From positions 1-41,597 of IMG/VR virus record IMGVR_UViG_2537561603_000003: 41,597 nucleotides of DNA. The stretch is one strand, 5' to 3'. Positions 1 through 9,847 of the stretch are shown here, one piece after another. A program made the position numbers and the translations under genes. Under the pieces are notes generated by a model, which saw only the letters and a program-made list of their open reading frames with translations, made no database searches and was not told where the DNA came from. Origin of the DNA: a virus. Taxonomy: Duplodnaviria > Heunggongvirae > Uroviricota > Caudoviricetes. The number at the start of each line of letters is the position of its first letter. Position 1 is the first letter of the stretch.

Positions 1-1074
1 TCATTTGTCGATTTCAATTTTGTCCCATTCCCGTCCACGGCTGTCCCTATACCGCGCCGCCATTGAATCTGATTTATGCCCGAGAAGACGTTGAGCAAAC
101 TTATCGCCAATCTGGTTCCGGTATAGCCTCGCTGACAGGCTACGCAGTTCATGGAATGTTGGCGGGTTTCCATCAAATGAGAGGCCAGATGCATTTCTCG
201 CCTTTGTAAAATACTTTGATACTGTTTTCGGGGAAAGCGGATCGTGATGCTTTGATGCGATTATAGTTTCACTGCTGCTGGCCTCCCTGCATTTCTGTAG
301 TGTATCAGCCAATGAGATATTGAGCGCGTCAATCGTTAGCGTTAGCGGAATGGCGAGTTTAGCCCCTGTTTTACTCTGTTTAATGTGAAGATGGTTGTCG
401 TTTATGTCTGACCATTTCATTCTGCACAAATCGCCGACTCTCTGCCCTGTAACGACGGCCAAATCCATCGCCAGCCTTAGCCAGATAGGGAGAGGTTTGG
501 CTGCATGGTAAATCTCGACATACTCATTAGCTGTCAGCCTTGAGCGCCTTACTTCTGACTTTGCTGTACGGGTTGCTGTTACCGGATTCGTTGCCACATG
601 CCCCTCGGCTATTGCTTCACGAAAAACGTCAACAAGGGTTGACCTGATTAATTTTGCGGAAGCTGCTTTACCTTCTGCTACGTAGGTGTTTATCATTGCT
701 GCCACTTCTTTCGTTGATATGTCAGTGAGCGGTTTGTCCGGCAATTTTCTTCGGATTGCCCTGATTTTGCTGGCGTAGTCGAGTAGAGTTTTCGGCCTGA
801 TCCCCCTTTCGGTGAGGATTGTTTCATATCGGTCAAGCCACACATGAAGAGTGATTGCGTCACCGCCTTTAATTCTGTCTATTAGTGATTTGCGTCCGCT
901 GTCTGAGAGTAACTCAATATTGGCCTGTATTGCTTCAGTGATTGCTATCCTCCTGTCTCGGCCTAAACCAAACTCTTTACCCGTCCTTGGGTCCCTGTAG
1001 CAGTAATATCCATTGTTTCTTATATAAAGGTTAGGGGGTAAATCCCGGCGCTCATGACTTCGCCTTCTTCCCAT
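1..1074 (-). CDS. int: Tyrosine integrase, lambda Int type
   Basis: 357-aa ORF starting MGRRRSHERRDLPPNLYIRNNGYYCYRDPRTGKEF, near-identical to lambda Int as recalled; ATG at 1072-1074; stop codon occupies positions 1-3. Confidence 0.95.
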   Translation of the reverse strand: MGRRRSHERRDLPPNLYIRNNGYYCYRDPRTGKEFGLGRDRRIAITEAIQANIELLSDSGRKSLIDRIKGGDAITLHVWLDRYETILTERGIRPKTLLDYASKIRAIRRKLPDKPLTDISTKEVAAMINTYVAEGKAASAKLIRSTLVDVFREAIAEGHVATNPVTATRTAKSEVRRSRLTANEYVEIYHAAKPLPIWLRLAMDLAVVTGQRVGDLCRMKWSDINDNHLHIKQSKTGAKLAIPLTLTIDALNISLADTLQKCREASSSETIIASKHHDPLSPKTVSKYFTKARNASGLSFDGNPPTFHELRSLSARLYRNQIGDKFAQRLLGHKSDSMAARYRDSRGREWDKIEIDK

Positions 1075-1270
1075 TTCTGATCCTCTTCAAAAGGCTACCT
1101 GTTACTGGTCGATTTAAGTCAACCTTTACCGCTGATTCGTGGAACAGATACTCTCTTCCATCCTTAACCGGAGGAGGGAATATCCTGCATTCGCGCACCC
1201 ATCGACGAACTGTTTCAAGGCTTCTTGGGCGTCGCTGGCGAGCGTTCCACTCCTGAAGTGTCAAGTACAT
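1052..1270 (-). CDS. xis: Excisionase
   Basis: 72-aa product MYLTLQEWNARQRRPRSLETVRRWVRECRIFPPPVKDGREYLFHESAVKVDLNRP matches lambda Xis; ATG at 1268-1270; 3' end overlaps int start as in lambda. Confidence 0.9.
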   Translation of the reverse strand: MYLTLQEWNARQRRPRSLETVRRWVRECRIFPPPVKDGREYLFHESAVKVDLNRPVTGSLLKRIRNGKKAKS

Positions 1271-1387
1271 CGCAAAGTCTCCGCAATTACACGCAAGAAA
1301 AAGCCGCATTGATGCGGCGATGGTAGGTCTGGATATCATTGAGCAATGAACAGGCCTCACCGAGTGTGAGGCGGTGTTATTTCATGG

Positions 1388-1732
1388 TTAGTCCTTGCGT
1401 AGCTCGCTGATTCTTCTGTAAGTCTCTGGTGCTTTGTTTCCGTGTATCTTCATTTCAGACTTCAACAGAGCAACGAGGGAATCCCATTCGTTGAGGATTC
1501 CTTTGAATGCCGGAACGCGCTTTGCAACCTTGTTGAATGAATCTCTGATTTCTGGAATCTGCTCAACAAGTGCAACGCATCGTCTGAAATCGGCTGCGTC
1601 ATGGGGAGCGCCGAAGTGATGACCATAGATATTCTTTTTCAGTCCACATGCGATTGAGGCAAGAGTTGCGCTACTGATGCCAACATCGCCAGTCGATTGC
1701 CATTTCAAAACCTTCATAGCCAAATCTGACAT
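1388..1732 (-). CDS. Hypothetical protein, 114 aa
   Basis: ORF with ATG at 1730-1732 preceded by a GGAGA-type RBS (complement of 1736-1741); no family recognised. Confidence 0.5.
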   Translation of the reverse strand: MSDLAMKVLKWQSTGDVGISSATLASIACGLKKNIYGHHFGAPHDAADFRRCVALVEQIPEIRDSFNKVAKRVPAFKGILNEWDSLVALLKSEMKIHGNKAPETYRRISELRKD

Positions 1733-1745
1733 TTCTTGTCTCCAA

Positions 1746-1768
1746 TAAAAAAACCGCCATCAGGCGGC
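1746..1768 (-). terminator. Putative intrinsic terminator inside the leftward operon
   Basis: Stem ccgcc (1754-1758) / ggcgg (1763-1767) with loop atca; on the minus-strand transcript it is followed by a 7-U run (plus-strand A run 1747-1753). Confidence 0.45.
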
Positions 1769-1833
1769 TTGGTGTTCTTTCAGTTCTTCAATTCGAATAT
1801 TGGTTACATTGTTTTCATATATGAATAAATAAA

Positions 1834-2013
1834 TTAGCTTTTTTCGTTGCCTTCGCGTTCTTTATTAATTTTGACAAAATCGTTTTTACCACGCTCTCCA
1901 AATGCGTCTTTAGAGTCGTTGTATCCGCAATCGCAGCACACATAATCATCAGACCATCCACGCATTGTTTTTTCTTTTGCAATATTTCCAGAACCGCATT
2001 TTGGACAAGACAT
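1834..2013 (-). CDS. Small zinc-ribbon protein, 59 aa
   Basis: Track ORF begins at a TTG; the internal ATG at 2011-2013 has a GGAGG RBS (complement of 2021-2025). Product MSCPKCGSGNIAKE...YVCCDCGY carries two Cys pairs (CPKCG, CCDCG). Confidence 0.55.
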   Translation of the reverse strand: MSCPKCGSGNIAKEKTMRGWSDDYVCCDCGYNDSKDAFGERGKNDFVKINKEREGNEKS

Positions 2014-2109
2014 ATCACTACCTCCAAAGCATGAGAGAGATGACAACGTAACATTGATTGGAGATTAACAATAGATTGCTGATGTAAAAGATATGTATAA
2101 GCTTAGCTA

Positions 2110-2757
2110 TCAAAGAGGAGGTTCTGGTAGTTGCATCCAGTCGGTTACATTGCGACTCTGTGTTTCGAAAAATTCATCACCATTGCGGACAATATCGAAA
2201 AACTCTCCGTCTCGATATTGCGCATAAAGAACGAATGCGCCATCACATAAAATAATTACGTGCTGACCATCATCTGGCATTAGCTCACTACAGCTTATCC
2301 AACCATCCGGAGTTACCGGAGAGTTGCCGGGTTCTTTAATGTGCAAACGAGGCTCACCATCTTTTGGTTCAGGCCACTGACGCTCCATGTTGATCTTCAA
2401 TTTATTTTCCATAGCAGCGGTAATTTCAGCATCACTGATACCGGCACGGCGCTGTGCATCCCACAACAGGAACTGCATATCAGCCCACTCGCTGAGATCG
2501 TCAGGTTCGGCTGCGGCTTCCAGAGCCTCTTTTGAGAGGTGTTTCAGTGGACCAATGGGGCCAACGCAGCCAAATGTGGAGTCAGACCATTTGGCATGCT
2601 CGTGGCGAACCCGCTCGCGTTCCAGTGAGGCGAGAGCGATTTTAAATGCTGTAAGCATGTGTGCTTGATCGTTGTCGAGTCCGAATGGCATTTCATCTCG
2701 TGCTGACTCAATACTGGTAATCGTATTTTGTAGCCATTCCATGGTAAAAGTGCTCAT
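2110..2757 (-). CDS. Prophage accessory protein, DUF550/dATP-dGTP pyrophosphohydrolase-like N-domain plus DUF551-like C-domain
   Basis: 215-aa ORF; ATG at 2755-2757 overlaps the upstream stop (ATGA). The C-terminal segment DGWISCSELMPDDGQHVIILCDGAFVLYAQYRDGEFFD resembles the DUF551 motif common in enterobacterial prophages. Domain names are from memory. Confidence 0.55.
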   Translation of the reverse strand: MSTFTMEWLQNTITSIESARDEMPFGLDNDQAHMLTAFKIALASLERERVRHEHAKWSDSTFGCVGPIGPLKHLSKEALEAAAEPDDLSEWADMQFLLWDAQRRAGISDAEITAAMENKLKINMERQWPEPKDGEPRLHIKEPGNSPVTPDGWISCSELMPDDGQHVIILCDGAFVLYAQYRDGEFFDIVRNGDEFFETQSRNVTDWMQLPEPPL

Positions 2758-3125
2758 CGTAAAATATCCTCTATACTGGTAAGCCCTTCATTATTTAGCC
2801 AGATCATTGCGTCATCCGGCAACTTGCTGTCTGGTTTTGCGTTTTTGAGAGAGGAACTCAGTCGCTTAATCCACATTGTCAGCTCAGTAATGCGCCTGTG
2901 TTTGCCTTCCAGCTCAACGCGCAGCCTCCCTACCGTTAGTGCAATATCCTCGTTCTCCTTGTCGCGGCGTTTGACGTATTGCTGGTTTCTTTCCCGTTCA
3001 TCCAGCAGTGCCAGCACAATCGATGGTGTTACCAGCTCATGGAAAAGGTCCGCGTCAAATCCCCAGTTGTCATGCATTGCCTGCTCTGCCGCTTCACGCA
3101 GTGCCTGAGAGTTAATTTCGCTCAC
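2754..3125 (-). CDS. Hypothetical early-left protein, 123 aa
   Basis: ORF with GTG start at 3123-3125 overlapping the upstream TGA stop (GTGA); helical and charged; occupies the lambda ea22/ea8.5 position. Confidence 0.45.
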   Translation of the reverse strand: MSEINSQALREAAEQAMHDNWGFDADLFHELVTPSIVLALLDERERNQQYVKRRDKENEDIALTVGRLRVELEGKHRRITELTMWIKRLSSSLKNAKPDSKLPDDAMIWLNNEGLTSIEDILR

Positions 3126-3343
3126 TTCGAACCTCTCTGTTTACTGATAAGCTCCAGAACTTCCTGGCAACTTGCACAAGTCCGACAACCCTGAACGACC
3201 AGGCGTCTTCGCTCATCTATCGGATCGCCACACTCACAACAATGAGTGGCAGATACAGTCTGGTAGTTCAGACGACGCATTTTTATTGCTGTATTGCGCT
3301 GTAATTCTTCGATTTCTGATGCTGAATCAATGATGTCTGCCAT
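3122..3343 (-). CDS. TraR/DksA-family C4 zinc-finger protein
   Basis: 73-aa product with CxxC-(17)-CxxC spacing (HCCECGDPIDERRRLVVQGCRTCASCQ), typical of phage TraR/DksA-like proteins; ATG at 3341-3343. Confidence 0.7.
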   Translation of the reverse strand: MADIIDSASEIEELQRNTAIKMRRLNYQTVSATHCCECGDPIDERRRLVVQGCRTCASCQEVLELISKQRGSK

Positions 3344-3441
3344 CTTCCATTAATCCCTGAATTGTTGGTTAATACGCTTGAGGGTGAATACGAATAATAA
3401 AAAAGGAGCCTGTAGCTCCCTGATGATTTTGCTTTTCATGT

Positions 3442-3753
3442 TCACCGTTCCTTAAAGACGCCGTTTAACATGCCGATTGCCAGACTTAAGTGAGTCGGTG
3501 TGAATCCCATCAGCGTTACCGTTTCGCGGTGCTTCTTCAGTACGCTACGGCAAATGTCATCGACGTTTTTATCCGGAAACTGCTGTCTGGCTTTTTTGAT
3601 TTCAGAATTAGCCTGACGGGCAATACTGCGAAGGGCGTTTTCTTGCTGAGGTGTCATTGAACAAGTCCCATGTCGGCAAGCATAAGCACACAGAATATGA
3701 AGCCCGCTGCCAGAAAAATGCATTCCGTGGTTGTCATACCTGGTCTCTCTCAT
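3442..3753 (-). CDS. Hypothetical protein in lambda orf60a position, C-terminally extended
   Basis: ATG at 3751-3753 overlaps the orf63 3' end by 20 nt, the same overlap as lambda orf60a/orf63; product is 103 aa rather than about 60. Confidence 0.5.
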   Translation of the reverse strand: MRETRYDNHGMHFSGSGLHILCAYACRHGTCSMTPQQENALRSIARQANSEIKKARQQFPDKNVDDICRSVLKKHRETVTLMGFTPTHLSLAIGMLNGVFKER

Positions 3754-3925
3754 CTGCTTCTGCTTTCGCCACCATCATTTCCAGCTTTTGTGAAAGGGAT
3801 GTGGCTAACGTATGAAATTCTTCGTCTGTTTCTGCTGGTATTGGCACAAACCTGACTCCAATTTGAGCAAGGCTATGTGCCATCTCAATGCTCATTCTTA
3901 ACTCAACAGGAGATGCTTTGTGCAT
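3734..3925 (-). CDS. Lambda orf63-like protein
   Basis: 63-aa ORF, 192 nt, with a 28-nt overlap onto the next gene, matching the lambda orf63 layout as recalled. Confidence 0.65.
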   Translation of the reverse strand: MHKASPVELRMSIEMAHSLAQIGVRFVPIPAETDEEFHTLATSLSQKLEMMVAKAEADERDQV

Positions 3926-4080
3926 ACAGCCCCTCGTTTATTATTTATCTCCTCAGCCAGCCGCTGGGCTTTCAGTGGATTTTGGATAACAGAAAGGCCG
4001 GGAAATACCCAGCCTCGCTTTGTAACGGAGTAGACGAAAGTGATCGCACCTACCCGGATATTATCGTGAGGATGCTTCAT
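3898..4080 (-). CDS. Lambda orf61-like protein
   Basis: Product [24 protein letters not shown]...; ATG at 4078-4080 overlaps the exo stop (ATGA at 4077-4080); the track ORF extends two codons further upstream. Confidence 0.65.
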   Translation of the reverse strand: MKHPHDNIRVGAITFVYSVTKRGWVFPGLSVIQNPLKAQRLAEEINNKRGAVCTKHLLLS

Positions 4081-4757
4081 CGCCATTGCTCCCCAAATAC
4101 AAAACCAATTTCAGCCAGTGCCTCGTCCATTTTTTCGATGAACTCCGGCACCATCTCGTCAAAACTCGCCATGTACTTTTCATCCCGCTCAACCACGACA
4201 TAATGCAGGCCTTCACGCTTCATACGCGGGTCATAGTTGGCAAAGTACCAGGCATCTTTTCGCGTCACCCACATGCTGTACTGCACCTGGGCCATGTAAG
4301 CCGACTTTATGGCCTCGAAACCACCGAGCCGGAACTTCATGAAATCCCGGGAGGTAAACGGGCATTTCAGCTCAAGGCCATTGCCGTCACTGCATAAACC
4401 ATCGGGAGAGCAGGCGGTGCGCATACTTTCGTCGCGATAGATGATCGGGGATTCAGTAACATTCACGCCGGAAGTGAACTCAAAGAGGGCTCTGGCGTCG
4501 TTCTCGTACTGTTTTCCCCAGGCCAGCGCCTTAGCGTTAACTTCCGGAGCCACACCGGTGCAAACCTCGGCAAGCAGGGTGTGGAAGTAGGACATTTTCA
4601 TGTCAGGCCATTTCTTTCCGGAGCGGGGTTTTGCTATCACATTGTGAACTTCTGAAGCGGTGATGACGCCGAGCCGTAATTTGTGCCACGCATGATCCCC
4701 CTGTTCGACAGCTCTCACGTCGATCCCGGTACGCTGCAGGATAATGTCCGGTGTCAT
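4077..4757 (-). CDS. exo: Lambda exonuclease (Red alpha)
   Basis: 226-aa product [65 protein letters not shown] matches lambda Exo; ATGA overlap with the bet stop. Confidence 0.95.
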   Translation of the reverse strand: MTPDIILQRTGIDVRAVEQGDHAWHKLRLGVITASEVHNVIAKPRSGKKWPDMKMSYFHTLLAEVCTGVAPEVNAKALAWGKQYENDARALFEFTSGVNVTESPIIYRDESMRTACSPDGLCSDGNGLELKCPFTSRDFMKFRLGGFEAIKSAYMAQVQYSMWVTRKDAWYFANYDPRMKREGLHYVVVERDEKYMASFDEMVPEFIEKMDEALAEIGFVFGEQWR

Positions 4758-5539
4758 GCAGCCACCTTCTGTTCAGAGGCTTTCTGTTTCAGGAATCCAA
4801 GAGCTTTAACTGCTTCGGCCTGTGTCAGTTCCGACGATGCGCGAATGTCGCGGCGAAATATCTGGGAACAGAGCGGCAATAAGTCGTCATCCCATGTTTT
4901 GTCCAGGGCAATCAGCAGAGTGTTAATCTCCTGCATGGTTTCATCGTTAACCGGAGTGATGTCGCGTTCCGGCTGACGTTCTGCAGTGTATGCGGTATTT
5001 TCGACAATGCGCTCGGCTTCATCCTTGTCATAGATACCCGCAAATCCGAAGGCCAGACGGGCACACTGAATCATGGCTTTATGCCGTAACATCCGTTTGG
5101 GATGCGACTGCCACGGCCCCGTAATTTCTCTGCCTTCGCGGGTTTTGAATGGTTCGCGGCGGCATTCATCCATCCACTCGGTAACGCAGATCGGATGATT
5201 ACGGTCCTTGCGGTAAATCCGGCATGTACAGGATTCATTGTCCTGCTCAAAGTCCATGCCATCAAACTGCTGGTTTTCATTGATGATGCGGGACCAGCCA
5301 TCAACGCCCACCACCGGAACGATGCCATTCTGCTTATCAGGAAAGGCGTAAATTTCTTTCGTCCACGGATTAAGGCCGTACTGGTTGGCAACGATCAACA
5401 ATGCGATGAACTGCGCATCGCTGGCATCACCTTTAAATGCCGTCTGGCGAAGAGTGGTGATCAGTTCCTGTGGGTCGACAGAATCCATACCGACACGTTC
5501 AGCCAGCTTCCCTGCCAGCGTTGCGAGTGCTGTACTCAT
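4754..5539 (-). CDS. bet: Single-strand annealing protein Bet (Red beta)
   Basis: 261-aa product [66 protein letters not shown] matches lambda Bet. Confidence 0.95.
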   Translation of the reverse strand: MSTALATLAGKLAERVGMDSVDPQELITTLRQTAFKGDASDAQFIALLIVANQYGLNPWTKEIYAFPDKQNGIVPVVGVDGWSRIINENQQFDGMDFEQDNESCTCRIYRKDRNHPICVTEWMDECRREPFKTREGREITGPWQSHPKRMLRHKAMIQCARLAFGFAGIYDKDEAERIVENTAYTAERQPERDITPVNDETMQEINTLLIALDKTWDDDLLPLCSQIFRRDIRASSELTQAEAVKALGFLKQKASEQKVAA

Positions 5540-5544
5540 CCGTT

Positions 5545-5841
5545 TTATACCTCTGAATCAATATCAACCTGGTGGTGAGCAATGGTTTCAACCATGTACC
5601 GGATGTGTTCTGCCATGCGCTCCTGAAACTCAACATCGTCATCAAACGCACGGGTAATGGCTTTTTTGCTGGCCCCGTGGCGTTGCAAATGATCGATGCA
5701 TAGCGATTCAAACAGGTGCTGGTGCAGGCATTTTTCCATGTCGTCTGCCAGTTCTGCCTCTTTCTCTTCACGGGCGATCTGCTGGTAGTGACGCGCCCAG
5801 CTCTGAGCCTCAAGACGATCCTGAATGTAATAAGCGTTCAT
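5545..5841 (-). CDS. gam: RecBCD inhibitor Gam, short form GamS
   Basis: 98-aa product [37 protein letters not shown]...[10 protein letters not shown] matches lambda GamS; an AGGAG RBS sits just upstream. Confidence 0.9.
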   Translation of the reverse strand: MNAYYIQDRLEAQSWARHYQQIAREEKEAELADDMEKCLHQHLFESLCIDHLQRHGASKKAITRAFDDDVEFQERMAEHIRYMVETIAHHQVDIDSEV

Positions 5842-5916
5842 GGCTGAACTCCTGAAAATGGCTGTGAAAATATCGCCCGCGAAATGCCAGGCTGATTAGG
5901 AAAACAGGAAAGGGGG

Positions 5917-6060
5917 TTAGTGAATGCTTTTGCTTGATCTCAGTTTCAGTATTAATATCCATTTTTTATAAGCGTCGACGGCCTCACGAAACATCTTTTC
6001 ATCGCCAATAAAAGTGGCGATAGTGAATTTAGTCTGGATAGCCATAAGTGTTTGATCCAT
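5917..6060 (-). CDS. kil: Host division inhibitor Kil
   Basis: 47-aa product [47 protein letters not shown] from the ATG at 6058-6060; matches lambda Kil as recalled. The track ORF is an upstream extension. Confidence 0.8.
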   Translation of the reverse strand: MDQTLMAIQTKFTIATFIGDEKMFREAVDAYKKWILILKLRSSKSIH

Positions 6061-6193
6061 TTTTTGGGACTCCTGGCTGATTAAGTATGTCGATAAGGCG
6101 TTTCCATCCGCCACGTAATTTGCGGGTGATTCGTTCAAGTAAAGATTCGGAAGGGCAGCCAGCAACAGGCCACCCTGCAATGGCATATTGCAT
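6029..6193 (-). CDS. cIII: Protease inhibitor cIII
   Basis: Hand-translated from the ATG at 6191-6193: [54 protein letters not shown] (54 aa), near-identical to lambda cIII; overlaps kil as in lambda; absent from the track because it is under 60 aa. Confidence 0.8.
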   Translation of the reverse strand: MQYAIAGWPVAGCPSESLLERITRKLRGGWKRLIDILNQPGVPKNGSNTYGYPD

Positions 6194-6265
6194 GGTGTGC
6201 TCCTTATTTATACATAACGAAAAACGCCTCGAGTGAAGCGTTATTGGTATGCGGTAACGCCGCGC

Positions 6266-6634
6266 TCAGGCGGCTTTGATAGTCATATCATCTGAATCAA
6301 ATATTCCTGATGTATCGATATCGGTAATTCTTATTCCTTCGCTACCATCCATTGGAGGCCATCCTTCCTGACCATTTCCATCATTCCAGTCGAACTCACA
6401 CACAACACCATATGCATTTAAGTCGCTTGAAATTGCTATAAGCAGAGCATGTTGCGCCAGCATGATTAATACAGCATTTAATAAAGAGCCGTGTTTATTT
6501 AGTCGGTATTCAGAGTCTGACCAGAAATTATTAATCTGGTGAAGTTTTTCCTCTGTCATTACGTCATGGTCGATTTCAATTTCTATTGATGCTTTCCAGT
6601 CGTAATCAATGATGTATTTTTTGATGTTTGACAT
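6266..6634 (-). CDS. ea10: Lambda Ea10 protein
   Basis: 122-aa product MSNIKKYIIDYDWKASIEIEIDHDVMTEEKLHQINNFWSDSEYRLNKHGS... matches lambda Ea10. Confidence 0.85.
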   Translation of the reverse strand: MSNIKKYIIDYDWKASIEIEIDHDVMTEEKLHQINNFWSDSEYRLNKHGSLLNAVLIMLAQHALLIAISSDLNAYGVVCEFDWNDGNGQEGWPPMDGSEGIRITDIDTSGIFDSDDMTIKAA

Positions 6635-6652
6635 CTGTTCATATCCTCACAG

Positions 6653-6680
6653 ATAAAAAATCGCCCTCACATTGGAGGGC
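6653..6680 (-). terminator. Intrinsic terminator between the 293-aa gene and ea10 (tL-like)
   Basis: 6-bp GC stem gccctc (6663-6668) / gagggc (6675-6680) with loop acattg; the minus-strand transcript then has a 6-U run (plus-strand A run 6655-6660). Confidence 0.6.
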
Positions 6681-6822
6681 AAAGAAGATTTCCAATAATC
6701 AGAACAAGTCGGCTCCTGTTTAGTTACGAGCGACATTGCTCCGTGTATTCACTCGTTGGAATGAATACACAGTGCAGTGTTTATTCTGTTGTTTGCGTGA
6801 AAATGAAATCCGCCTAAGCGGG

Positions 6823-7704
6823 TTATGACCACTTTTTGTTTGGGTTTCGTTGGTGAGCGTGGTTTACAGGATTATTTGATATACCCCATAACTCTGACTC
6901 GCTTATCTCTACACGAGAGAAAGACCTGCTTTCTTTCAGTTCTTTTATAAACCTAGAACCTAAGATGACATCTATTGTACCAGAAAGTTCTTGTAAAAGA
7001 TCTTTGTTTTTTCTGAGGAAGAAAATATCTTCTTTATATTTAATTTTTACATAGAATTTATTCTGTATTTTTAATATATCAAAGCATGGCAGATATCTAT
7101 ATCCCTCATATTTTCGCCACTGCTTAACAATTATAACATCTCTTTCATTTACTGCATTAATCAGCCCAAGACCAAGTACAGGTATGAATATTCTATTGTC
7201 TGCCGAAAGCGTACAATTATCACCACCAGGCAAATATGTATAAATCATGTCGGAATTTTTATACGCATCAACGAATGCACGTAAGAAGCGTACATATTTT
7301 TGCCATCCGTTTATACCGAATTTACCATATAAGTATTCTTTATTTGTTAGAAGAAAACTATTTGTATCAGGATCCTTATCTACAGATCTGTCGATAAGAT
7401 CTCCAACTACGTTTACAAAGTCAAAGACAGAGTTTAATAAGAACAATTGTCTTTCAGTAGGGCGAATTTCAATTATGTAGCCTGGATGAAGACGATATTG
7501 CATCTGCTTACGAAGTATACCGAACGCTTGGGTCCGAGCATCTGAAAGCAACTTCTTGTCGCCATCGCCGTGAGCATTGTTTCTAATAAAACTGATATAA
7601 TTTACTAATTTTTCAGCCTCTTTTTTGTGTTTTTTTCGCTCTGATGCTGAGTCTATTGGTTTTGGTATGGACTTGTAATCAATCTTCTTCATTACGTACC
7701 TCAT
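6823..7704 (-). CDS. Hypothetical 293-aa protein in the pL operon, at the sieB/ral position
   Basis: ATG at 7702-7704 overlaps the N stop codon (ATGA); no TM segment and no motif recognised; AT-rich by eye. Confidence 0.6.
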   Translation of the reverse strand: MRYVMKKIDYKSIPKPIDSASERKKHKKEAEKLVNYISFIRNNAHGDGDKKLLSDARTQAFGILRKQMQYRLHPGYIIEIRPTERQLFLLNSVFDFVNVVGDLIDRSVDKDPDTNSFLLTNKEYLYGKFGINGWQKYVRFLRAFVDAYKNSDMIYTYLPGGDNCTLSADNRIFIPVLGLGLINAVNERDVIIVKQWRKYEGYRYLPCFDILKIQNKFYVKIKYKEDIFFLRKNKDLLQELSGTIDVILGSRFIKELKESRSFSRVEISESELWGISNNPVNHAHQRNPNKKWS

Positions 7705-8024
7705 GCCAATGGAATGGATTTCCCTTTAACCTTTTGTCTTCCTTGACAAGTTATACCGAACTCACCTGGCTTGCTATACCAAACTCGATGATTCTTGCGC
7801 TCAATACGTTGCAGGTTGCTTTCAATCTGTTCGTGGTATTCAGCCAGCACTGTAAGGTCTATCGGATTTAGTGCGCTTTCTACTCGTGATTTCGGTTTGC
7901 GATTCAGCGAGAGAATAGGGCGGTTAACTGGTTTTGTGCTTACCCCAACCAACAGGGGATTTGCTGCTTTCCATTGAGCCTGTTTCTCTGCGCGACGTTC
8001 GCGGCGGCGTGTTTGTGCATCCAT
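7701..8024 (-). CDS. N: Antitermination protein N
   Basis: 107-aa product MDAQTRRRERRAEKQAQWKAANPLLVGVSTKPVNRPILSLNRKPKSRVESALNPIDLTVLAEYH... matches lambda N; ATG at 8022-8024. The track ORF is an upstream extension. Confidence 0.9.
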   Translation of the reverse strand: MDAQTRRRERRAEKQAQWKAANPLLVGVSTKPVNRPILSLNRKPKSRVESALNPIDLTVLAEYHEQIESNLQRIERKNHRVWYSKPGEFGITCQGRQKVKGKSIPLA

Positions 8025-8182
8025 CTGGATTCTCCTGTCAGTTAGCTTTGGTGGTGTGTGGCAGTTGTAGTCCTGAACGAAAACACCCCGCGATTGGCAC
8101 ATTGGCAGCTAATCCGGAATCGCACTTCCGGCCAATGCTTCGTTTCGTATCATACACCCCAAAGCCTTCTGCTTTGAATGCT

Positions 8183-8213
8183 GCCCTTTTTCAGGGCTTA
8201 ATTTTTAAGAGCA
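8183..8213 (-). promoter_or_regulatory. nutL (boxA and boxB)
   Basis: The complement of 8183-8197 reads gccctgaaaaagggc (boxB hairpin); the adjacent taagagc (8206-8212) is the complement of a boxA-like GCTCTTA. The region is nearly identical to lambda nutL as recalled. Confidence 0.7.
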
Positions 8214-8257
8214 TCACCTTCATGGTGGTCAGTGCGTCCTGCTGATGGTTTAAAATT

Positions 8258-8325
8258 ACAAGAAAGATTGTATATTGTAAACAAGAAATATTGTAAAAAG
8301 AGGTGTGCAAAACAAACTCCATTGT
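8258..8325. promoter_or_regulatory. OL operators and pL region, 434 type
   Basis: Three 14-bp ACAA-N6-TTGT sites: acaagaaagattgt (8258-8271), acaagaaatattgt (8281-8294), acaaactccattgt (8312-8325). Confidence 0.6.
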
Positions 8326-8375
8326 TTTTAAACGGAAAATAGTTTGTTTTTTGGTTATTGAGATTGAGGTGGGGA

Positions 8376-9728
<1,353 letters not shown>

Positions 9729-9736
9729 GACATTCC

Positions 9737-9768
9737 CGTTCTTACACATCCCCGCCCTGAAAAAGGGC
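9737..9768 (+). promoter_or_regulatory. nutR (boxA-like and boxB)
   Basis: cgttcttac (9737-9745) is boxA-like; gccctgaaaaagggc (9754-9768) is the boxB hairpin. Confidence 0.7.
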
Positions 9769-9847
9769 ATCCAATTAAACCACACCTATGGTGTATGCAT
9801 TTATTTGCATACATTCAATTAATTGTTATCTAAGGAAATACTTACAT

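Noticed and set aside
1052-1360. 102-aa extended ORF for xis
   Set aside because: Lambda Xis is 72 aa and begins MYLTLQEW; the upstream 30 codons are read-through without support.
5917-6186. 89-aa track ORF spanning the kil region
   Set aside because: Only the last 47 codons match Kil; the upstream part is an out-of-frame read across cIII, which is encoded separately at 6029-6193 in another frame.
6809-6822. Short hairpin immediately after the 293-aa gene stop
   Set aside because: Only about 3 bp of stable stem; too weak to call a terminator.
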